Source: Basidiobolus meristosporus CBS 931.73 (lineage: Eukaryota > Fungi > Basidiobolomycota). Taken from it: 64,000 nucleotides of DNA. Location of the stretch: the NCBI GenBank assembly GCA_002104905.1, contig MCFE01000202.1, positions 1-64,000 of the forward strand. The letters are read 5' to 3'. Made by a program: the position numbers and the translations under genes. The notes beneath the pieces are model-generated. The model did no database searches. It saw nothing but the letters and a program-made list of their open reading frames with translations, and was not told where the DNA came from. Of this stretch, positions 23,256-33,226 are shown in pieces. The first letter of the stretch is position 1, and each line of letters opens with the position of its first letter.

Positions 23256-26200
23256 CTATTTGTCACTGTACAAGAGAGTGCAAGTAACTGAAGTAATGAA
23301 TGGTATATTAACTCTGGAGCATCACAGCATATTTGTGGTATAAAGGATTGGTTCAGCAACTTAAAGACTATTCCCGTAAGAAAGGTTTATCTGGGAGATA
23401 ACTATGCATTGGAAGCTACCGCCAGTGGGTCTATACAACTAAATATGAGTGATAACTCAGGGGCAACAACAGCAAAACTGACTGACGTACTCTATGTACC
23501 TGGAATAGCTAAGAACCTACTCTCAGTCAGTAAAGCAACTACTCAGGGACTGAAATTCGTTTTTACTAAGCTGAGCTGCTCAATATTGAGTGAAAATGGA
23601 CAAAAATTAGCTTTGGGAATCAGAGATCACAATATATACAAGTTACAATGCAAGATCATTGTACCTGAGCATGTCAACATTGCTGAAACTGAGGAAACCA
23701 ACTGGGACACATGGCATAGGAGGCTAGGACACATATGGGAACAGAAAATGAGCCAATTGGTGAAAAATCAGCTTGTTTTGGGCCTAAAATACTCAATTCC
23801 GATCAAATTGAATGTTTGTAAGGGATGTTCATATGGCAAACAAGCTAGGCAATGTTTCAAGAGCTCAGAAGGCATCAATACTACTGAAATACTGGCTATT
23901 GTACACTCAGACATATGTGGCCCCATGAGAACACTGTCCTTTGGAGCCAAGAGATACTTTATGACGTTTATTGATGACAAGACAAGATATACATGGGTGT
24001 ACTTCCTCAAAACAAAGGATGAAGCTTTAGAGACGTTTAAGCACTTCAAGAACATGGCAGAAACACAAACTGGGTGTAAATTGAAGGTACTACAAAGTGA
24101 CAATGGAGGAGAATACTGCTCAAAGGAGTTTGCAAAATACTGCTTGTCTACTTGTATACTTTAACAGACCACAGTTCCTCATACTCCACAGCAAAATGGA
24201 GTAGCAGAATGTGCAAATAGAACAATAGTAGAGATGGGAAGATCTATGCTACATGATAAGGGAATGGACTACAAGTTTTGGGCTGAATCTGTTGCTACCG
24301 CTGTATACATCAAGAACAGATGCCCAACAACAGCACTACGTGATTCTACACCCTTTGAAGCATACACAGGCAAAAAACCAGATCTCCAGCACCTCAGGAT
24401 CTTTGTCAGTGATGTTTTTTATCACATCCCTGACAAAAAACGCTCAAAGTTGGAACCAAAGAGTAGAAAAGGGATCTTTCTTGGGTGTTGTGAAGATACT
24501 AAAGGGTATAGAGTGTATGATGACAAAATTCGGAAGCTGATCAAGAGCAGGGACGTTGTATTTGAGGAGAATTCAGATCAGAAAGCCACAGAAATCATTG
24601 GCCAGCTGCCTGATGATGCAATCAACACAAATGAAGAAGATACATACCAAATCCAGCCAGATATGGAAGATACTTCTACCAGTTCCAGATCAGAACAGAT
24701 TATCCCAGTTAGGAGATCTACCAGTATAAGAAATGCCCCTGGATCCTGGTGGCAGACATCCAATGATCATGAAGAAGCTTATCTTGCCTTATGTGCCAAA
24801 CCTCAGAATCTGGAACAGGCAATGCAAGGTCCAGATGCTACTAAGTGGCAACTAGCCATGCAGGAGGAGTACCAATCACTGATCAAGGCAAAAACGTGGG
24901 AACTGGTAGATTTACCAAATGGGAGAAAGCCAATAGGATGTAGATGGATCTACAAGATCAAGATAACCTCAAATGGTGCCGTTGATAAGTACAAGGCTAG
25001 ATTGGTATCTAAAGGCTATTCCCAGATCCAGGGACTAGACTTTAAGGAAACATTTGCTCTGGTTGCCAAGTTTAACTCTATTAGGACAGTTCTAGCCCTG
25101 GCAGCTGTACACAGTCTAGATCTACACCAAATGGATGCCAAAACAGCCTTTCTAAATGGGGATTTGCAAGAAACTATATATATGGAGCAACTAGAAGGTT
25201 TTACCAATCCAATAAGCCCCCATAAGGTGTGCAAACTTAGAAAATTGTTGTATGGGCTTAAGCAGGCACCCAGAGCATGGTATAACAGGATTGACACATA
25301 TCTAGAGAAAATTGGGTTCTCTCGTAGCACTGCAGATCACAGTATATATGTGAAACAGCTCAAAAAGGGTGTGAGCATCCTAGTTCTTTATGTGGACATC
25401 CTAATTATAGCTACAAGTGATCAAGATGCACTTAAACAGACAAAATCAGATCTCTTCAGCAAGTTTAAGATTAAAGATCTTGGAAAATTGAGCTATTTTC
25501 TTGGAATTGAGGTCAAATTTGACATACCTATGCAGAAAATTGTGCTGAATCAGTCTAAGTACATCAGGGACATTCTTAGACGCTTCAAAATGGAAAATTG
25601 CAAGCCTGCAGCAACACCTATGGACAATAACCTGAAATTAAGCAAATCTCAGCCAGTTATAGATGAAAACGGCTCAAATATGGACCAAAACTTTCCCTAT
25701 CAATCAATGGTTGGTAGCCTAATGTACTTGATGGTTTCTAAACGTCCAGATATTGCAGTAGCAGTTGGAATAGTCAGTCAATTCATGCAGAATTATGAAT
25801 CAGATCAAATTGCAGCAGTTAAGCGGATTTTCAGATATCTACAAGGTACCATAAATATGGTACTGGAATACTCTGGAGCAGCTAATAGGCAAAAATTTGA
25901 TGGTTATAGTGATTCAGATTGGGGTAGAGATCTGATTGACAGACGCTCTACCACAGGCTATGTATTTCTTTATGCTGGTGCAGCTATTACTTGGAATTGC
26001 AAGAAACAACCAACTGTGGCACTATCTACAACTGAAGCCAAATATATGGCTGCATGTCAAGCAACTAAGGAGGCTATATGGCTACAAAAATTATTCAAAG
26101 ACTTAGGTTTTAATTCAGGTGAACCAACATGTATTTACAAGGATAATCAAAGTTGTATTTCATTAGCTAGAAATCCTACTAATCATGCCAGAACTAAGCA

Positions 26201-26381
26201 CATTGATATACAGCATCACTTTGTGAGGGAAGCTGTAGAAAATAACTTAGTAGAGCTGGTTTACTGCCCAACTGACAAAATGGTGGCAGACATATTGACA
26301 AAACCACTAGCTAGGCCACAGTTTGAGATCCTTAGAGAGAAATTGGGATTAAGAAATTATTTAGCTGAGGGGGAGTGTTGA
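23256..26381 (+). pseudogene. pol: Copia pol (PR-IN-RT-RH) with nonsense codons
   Basis: Stops at 23289 and 24162. YINSG (DSG mutated), HSDICGP, QMDAKTAFLNG, LYVDIL, TKHIDIQHHFVRE. The terminal stop lies in the first 6 nt of the 3' LTR. Confidence 0.95.
26367..26375 (+). promoter_or_regulatory. Polypurine tract
   Basis: GAGGGGGAG immediately before the 3' LTR. Confidence 0.9.
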
Positions 26382-27437
26382 AATATTGGACTATTTAGTA
26401 TCATTCAGCAGCTAAAAATTTACTTAACAATTCTAGGCTAGTCTTAGTCACTGTAGGACTCATTTACTGCCTTAACTTCGCCACTTTCTCCAGATATATG
26501 ATCTTATGATTATTCCCCTATAGTCAGAATCAAATTAGCACTATTACCAAACATTATGTACTAACCCTGAAACTGTTACAGAATGCTCCTGAATATTGAG
26601 AAACCCTCCCTACTTAGTGTTGCAGCTGTATTACTTCTACAAAGGTATAAATACTGAGCTTCTTTATGAATAAGCAATAGTTCAACTATTAACACTATTT
26701 CTTGATAAGTTCCTTATATCCAAATCACTTCTTAAATTGCAACATGGTTTTTGGTCAATCTTCCAGGACTACTTCTTGGACATTGTTGATCAAGAGTTCT
26801 TAGACATTTTGCTGTAATTCCTCTAGCTCACAGTCTTTCTGGGAGGTAATTTTTCCTTTTTTATGGGGGATCCATGTCCTTTAATCACTTGTAGCACTAT
26901 AGGGTAGTCCCCATAGCAAGATGACCCATTGTGCTTGTTTGACCAACTCTTGCAACATTTTTTATCCGTGTTGTTCTTTGGATGCCATACATGTTACTTT
27001 GTTTTCTAAGCCCATGATGTAATACCTCATGAGCTATTGCTCAGAGATTTGTCCTCTGGGAGACATTGAACCTGTTGGAGAAATAGTTCAGTGTAAGCTT
27101 CATAGCTCTCACTGACTTTCTTCTGTGAGGACAGTAGAAGGGCTTTGTAGTTGTATCCCTTGGCATATAGAAAGCTTATCCTGTAGGCTTCTTCTAGTGT
27201 ATCCCAGTTGTCTTTGACTTCACATTTCCACCCACAGTGTCATTGCCATGCTGACCCTTCCATATATCTTGCAAACTCCCTTACTTTCTTATTGCTGTCC
27301 CATCCTGCATCAACCGCAACTCTCAAACTTATCAAGCCACACAAGGGCTTTCTCTCTCTTTCCCTTGTATGTTTTTAGTTTCATTATGGTAGTCAGTACC
27401 TAACTTGTGCTTATTTCTGCACAGACAGCACCAAACA

Positions 27438-27809
27438 TGTGGGTTATTACTGACTATACTTGGTGAGTGGGAGAGCTTATAGGTCAAGTCAGTACCACTT
27501 AGCTCAGAATAGCTTCCAATAGAAGGCAGCAAGGAAAAAAAGACTTGTGTTTATTCTGTCCAAATCTTGTTGTTCCCTCACTTGGCTCAATGGTTATATT
27601 TATCACTTGGAGGGGCTTAGATAATCGACAATGTGTTGTGAAATAGGGGTGTGAACACCTTCCTGTTATGGTAAGTGTTCTAACTAGATCAGGGCAGGAA
27701 TAGGAGGGCGGATGCATTGGGGAATCATAGAGAGGATACTGGAGGACTTTGGGTAGGACTCTGGGGAGAACTCTTGGGTAAGGAGTGGGCACTGCGTTTG
27801 GTACTTACA
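27438..27809 (-). repeat. 5' LTR of gypsy C
   Basis: Aligns with 14498-14873; followed on the minus strand by TGTTTGGTGCTGTCTG. Confidence 0.8.
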
Positions 27810-27959
27810 GATGAGTTTGCAGAAAAAGGCAATTTGTCTACTACAGCCTCCACGTCCTCCATTGTTGACAGAGTAGAGATCCCACTGGCAGACAAAGTAG
27901 CAATGTCAGGAACTCAAAAGGCTATCATAATGCCTATAGTGGTATTTTAGAGCATTAAT

Positions 27960-28946
27960 AGGCACACCAAGAGGTTGAAGCACTACTTCAAGAGTAGTAC
28001 ACAAAAAAATTCACTTGAATATTGCAAGGATTTATTGCAAAGACTGGCAGATAAGGAGCTAGACCTTGCTGTGGCAGCTGAACACCAGGATGTATGAACA
28101 CCAGTGAGTCAAAAGTGGTATAAAGCTGTAGGGTTGGGATCAGAAAGCAAGAGTATTAGGAGTGAACCACTTGAAAACTACTTATGTGTTGTAATGATGA
28201 GAAATTTTGATCAAATGTCTTGTGGAATCTAGGATGCATTATTTTGCAATGGTACTTACATGGTGTTCTGATGAGATAAATACCTCTAAGTCACAGTACT
28301 TTAAAATGGTGACAGCCTTTTTATGGTATCATCACAATAACATTTCATAGGTAATATTTCAAGAAAACAAGGATATTTACAATTAGGTAGCAATCTAGCT
28401 TCTTTTGCTAGAGCTAAGCACATAGATATTAGGCATCATTTTATTTGTGAAGCTTAAGAGAATAACTCAGTCATCTTAGCTTACTGTCCTTAGTTGTAAT
28501 AATTGCAGTAACATTTACCTGATCTTGAATAAGTAACAAATATGAATATCTTAGGTCACATTTAAGTCTAATCAGCACAAACACAGAGTACAGTAGATGA
28601 GTTGTAAGATTTGTCATTCCGCCTAAATATTCACCTAACTTAGTCACTTGGATAAAATTCTATAGTTGTTGGTGAATACTGACTATATTCCTTGTAGGGA
28701 CTTACTAATAATAATTTTGCTAAAACATCAGCTTCCCAAACATGAAAATTCTCTAAGTTGTCTAAACAACCTCAAGCTAAACACATATGCTTATGGAACC
28801 TTTCTAAGCATGTTATATATGTATGTTATGCCAGGAGCATGTGAAATATAAACGGTACTTACAAGGTCAATAAGTCATTGGGTGAATAACACAAAGTGTA
28901 CGTGCTCTCCCAATCACATCCAACATCTCTAAGACTCTAATATCAA
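27960..28946 (+). mobile_element. Decayed copia family G fragment (RNase H remnant plus 3' LTR)
   Basis: gctaagcacatagatattaggcatcatttt = AKHIDIRHHF at ~28410. 28600-28946 matches the LTR at 54489-54837. Confidence 0.7.
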
Positions 28947-29157
28947 TGTATATTTTTATTTCACTTTATATGGCAAAGAATAGGTCTGCTATGCCTCTCT
29001 GGTCTCTTACAGTATTATTTTGCACTCATGGCTTAACATGGCATTATCCACGGAATAAGTCTGAAAAGTCAAATACTCATGGTGGCAGTGCGTAAGCAAG
29101 TAGATGGGGGTGATAAAGAATTCAGTATCTAGGCTACAAAGAAGAAATTCAATTAGT

Positions 29158-30182
29158 TCAATGTGACATACTAAAACGGAGCAATCTCCGATTGTAAGAG
29201 TGGAGCTTCACCACACAGTCTTTGAGATATAGCAAAAGTACATGATCAAGGGGGACCACTCTTTCAATTAGCTCATGTGGAAGTCTATACTCATTGATGT
29301 ATTCTTGAACCATTGCTTTTTGTCTGAGGGTTTTCCTCTTCAGCCCTAGTAGTGTGCTGGTGTGGAGGCTCAAATGAATCCTGAATTTCTGACACAAACT
29401 CTTCTCAAGTAGAGATAATTGAGCATTCCATCATTGTGGCTGACCTTATCTTGTTATGGTACTACTGTAAGGCTGCATCTGCTAATTCAGAAGCTGCATA
29501 ATGAAACTTGCTTTCTGGGGCAATTCTCTTAGCCTTGAATGCTTCTTCATATTCAAAATGCCAGGTTCCCAGGTTTTCATAGAATATTCCATGGTACTGG
29601 TTGGCCCTGAGGCTAAAGTTACTCTTGTAAGGGCTTTGCTGTCTCTGGTCAATGGTAGTCATATCCTTGTTATTACTAACTGAGGATCAGGAGCAACTAT
29701 AGCTGATAGGCCAGGATTGTATGCATAGAATTATTCCATTTTTGATTTTCCAACATCTTGGTAGAGGCTTCTTCAATCTTAGAAGGGGAGGTTACTAGTT
29801 ATTACTGCTACCAGTGTTACAAATCTGGATATAAGAGTGGTAGAGGAGTAGGGAATTTAGCTAGTATTGTATTCAGTAAAAGCTGATCTGATCTTCATTG
29901 AAGTTCCAGTAGCTCCCTCAATGCAATTCACCATATCAACTGCTGACTATTGTGTTTCTTAATGTAGGTTATGAGAGATGACTCATATATTTGCATCATC
30001 ATCACCTAATTGGCTCTTACTTAATATATGTGTTTTTGTCTAATAAGAATCTGATGATTCATCTCTGGACTAATGCCACCAATTAAATAGAAAATGTTGA
30101 TGTACTGAAAGGCTAAACATAAAAGTAAACAATTTGACAAAGAACTGGTCTAGTTTAAACATTCAAGCAGCAGATCCTAACA
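29158..30182 (-). mobile_element. 5' end of a gypsy A/B-family copy: 368-bp LTR (29815-30182), PBS and gag remnant
   Basis: LTR homologous to 37739-38106. PBS TGGTAGCAGTAAT. ORFs ENLGTWHF.YEEAFKAK..LADAALQ and LRQKAMVQEYINEYR. Confidence 0.85.
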
Positions 30183-30332
30183 CCAGAAATACACGGTATT
30201 TGGCAAATTGACAGTTATTTCACTGAAAGCCGCATAATTTAGTTGACAGAAGTGTGTCAATTGCGGTACGCGCAAGTATTCATTGGTTGCTATTGATGCC
30301 CTGTGTAGTTTTGTTCTGCTGAATTTAGTTTC

Positions 30333-30701
30333 TGTTGCAATATTGGACTATTTGGTATCATTCTGCAGCTAAAAATTTACGTAACAGCTCTGAGCTATTC
30401 TTGGTCACTGTGGGACTAATTTACAGCTCTAACTTTGCCACTTTCTTCATATATATGATCTTATGATTATTCACCTATAGTCAGGATCAAATTAGCACTA
30501 ATACAAACTATTATGTATTAACCCTGAAACTGTTACAGAATGCTTCTGAATACTGAGAAACCCTCCTTACTTGGTGTTACAGCTGTATTACTTCTACAAA
30601 GGTATAAATACAGAGCTTCTTTACTAATAAACAACAGTCCAACTATTATCACTATTTCTTGACAAGTTCCTTATATCCAAATCACTTCTTAAATTGCAAC
30701 A
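30333..30701 (+). mobile_element. Copia solo LTR (369 bp), TSD GTTTC
   Basis: Matches 22060-22428. Perfect TSD at 30328-30332 and 30702-30706. Sits in a gypsy RNase H remnant. Confidence 0.95.
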
Positions 30702-30731
30702 GTTTCTTGGACTCAAAAGCAACTGGGTAGA

Positions 30732-32981
30732 AGACTTGTTTAATTGCACCATGCCAGGGTGTGCTGTGCAATCCAAGGTTGCAAAGTACACTTTGGCACA
30801 CTATTGCAGCTACCAGTAGGCAGGATTGCTCTTATATAACTTTGCACTTTGTTGGACAATCTTGCAAACTATAATACAATCTGACACAATGTGGTTGGCA
30901 TGGATGATTGTGCCAACCTATAACTTTTGCATCATCTGCACAATCACATACCACTATTGTAGTAAGAAGAATCTGGCACTTGGATATGTTCCTTTAATGT
31001 ATATTAAAATAAATGCATTTCAAACTATTAACTACACTAATACATACTACTATGAGTTACCATCACTCAAAATGCTCCAGTCGATATAATAGAACCAGCC
31101 TGAAGTTCCATACACTGATGTGTACTTTTATTTGCCAAAGGGCCCAATGGTGGAGGCACTTCATGTGGGTCATTGTTAGTCATTTCATCAAAAGTAATTT
31201 GGTGATGGTCAGGTGTGATGGCATGTACCGGTGTGACTTGATGTGTTAGCATAGCCCTTGGCTAAGTTTGATGTGATGTTACATGTTGACGCAACTATTG
31301 CAGTTTAAGAAGTGATTTGGATATTAAGAACTTATTAAAAAACATTGATAATAGTTGAACTGTTGATTATTTATAATGAAGAACAGTGTTAATACCTTTG
31401 TAGATGTAATACGGCTGTAACACTACTTAAGGATGGTTTCTTAACATTCAGGAGCATTCCTTAACAGTTTCAGGGTCAGTGCATAATGTTTGTCAAAAGT
31501 GCTAATTTGAACCTAACTGTAGGAGAATAATCATAGGATCATAGATCTGAAGAAACTGGCAAAGTTGGGGCTGCAAATTAGTCCTACAGTGACCAAGACT
31601 AGTCTAGAATTGCTAAGTAAATCTCTAGCTGATGAATGATACCAAATAGTCCAATATTTCAGCAGCAACTTGGCCCACTCTAATTGACTTATATTGAAAT
31701 GATCAGTTTGGTAGGTTGTGGTAGTTTTGCTCTCAGCACACATGTTGATCAGATGAATGTCATCTCATTGTGAGGGCTCTTTTGAATGGTGTAGGTGTAG
31801 GTTGCACTGAGATGCACTGGCACACTGGTGTCATAATGCATGGAAAAGCAGATAAATCAAGCTGAATGCCTCAAGTCTGCTCAAATCACCTTTACCCATT
31901 CATATACCCATTTTGATATGACTTACTCATCTGAATTCTCTGTTCTCATCAATCACATCACTACCACTGGATTTCCTTTTGACACACTAGGGGAGATCTT
32001 TACCAAGGGCTGCAGACTATCTACCCCAATCTACTCACAAAGATTCCTTGTTCAGCTTCTCTGCTATTACAACAACTATTGCCCTATAGGGTTTCATCTG
32101 ACCATTCATGTCAGCAAAAGTCCTAGAAGCCTTCATTCCCAGCTGACAGCAATGGGAAACCACCTTGCAGAGGGTGTGAATAACTTAGAGCAAGCTTGGA
32201 ATACTAGGTTCAGAAGCTCTAACAGACTTCCATATCCCTCAGTGCTCAGCAGCAGGTTCCACACCAGGAATATTATGAATATCCTCCAGGCCAGATTCAA
32301 TAGACCTTGTTGAGGGCAGAAGCACTTTCAATCTGGCAAGCACAAGGCGCACTCTTTGAAGTTTCAAGCACTATCTGACATTGAAGGTAACATTGTCTAG
32401 TATAGGAGGCTATTTGCTGGAAGTGGGTACAACAAAGCATTCAGGGCAGAAAAGCATCCAGGACCAATACAGAGGAGAAACGTGGGTCAGACTTGGCTGA
32501 TATAGGAGAGGATTGTCAGAGAAAAGGATGTATTACAGCTCACAGGGAGCAAAGGAAGGGTTTGCTCAGCAGGATACAGAAACTCTAAGTTGAGATATAT
32601 ACTCATTTCAGAGTGAGAATAGAGCATACATATGGAGATCTAAAGATAGTCAGCTTTTTGGCAGGTAAGTACAGAGTAAGTTATGTATACAAGAATTAGT
32701 TGAATAAGTAATATTATAATCATACTTGTTACTGCACAGTATATCTGTACAAGAAGACATCCACTGATAGATGTGTTTGTGGGGCATTATGAAGAGTAAA
32801 TAAAGTAAGAAAAACATATTTCCAAGCAATATAATCAAGATTATGTAAAATACCAGTACCTGTATCCCACCACTGGCATTGTGGTACAGACTAGAGTGCC
32901 ATGTAGTGCTGTAGAGTGCCAGAGTGATTCAGCATTATAAACACAATGGCACTATGTGGCACAATCCAACAGAACCGGTCT
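30732..32981. mobile_element. PHIS transposon copy 2, internally deleted, opposite orientation
   Basis: Termini AGACTTGTTT.. and ..CCAACAGAACCGGTCT. TSD AGA/AGT (the empty site GGGT-AGT-CC is seen at ~39705). Transposase remnant 31916-32700(+). Confidence 0.8.
31296..31664 (-). mobile_element. Copia solo LTR (369 bp, more diverged), TSD GCAAC
   Basis: Reverse complement of the copia LTR. Perfect TSD at 31291-31295 and 31665-31669. Confidence 0.93.
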
Positions 32982-33226
32982 AGTCCATTAGCTCATGCTC
33001 ATGCTCATGGCTCAGTACTCCACCAATTGCATAATCTGGACCATCTGTGCATAAAGTCAATCCTTTTCTTGTTATGATCTACCGCTTGAATGTTTAAGTT
33101 AGATCAGTTTTTAGTCAAATCAATTAGTATATGTTTAGGTTATCAGTATATCAATATTATCTATGAAATCAGTAGCATTAGTCAGCAAATGAATCAGCAG
33201 ATCCTTATCAGACAGAAATAGATATA

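Larger units (their letters stand above)
22060..26744 (+). mobile_element. Full-length Ty1/copia element, copy 1 (4685 bp)
   Basis: 369-bp LTRs at 22060-22428 and 26376-26744 (6 differences counted). TSD TGGTG/TGGTT. PBS, PPT, gag-PR-IN-RT-RH order. Inserted in the gypsy C RT at PKT^IFTT. Confidence 0.97.
14498..27809 (-). mobile_element. Old Ty3/gypsy element C carrying nested insertions
   Basis: LTRs at 14498-14873 and 27438-27809 (~85% identical by eye). TSD GCTGA/GATGA, confirmed against the empty site. PBS-like TGGTGCTGTCTG after the 5' LTR. gag remnant 26900-27340; RT/RH/IN remnants 21243-22059 and 16362-17014. Confidence 0.85.
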
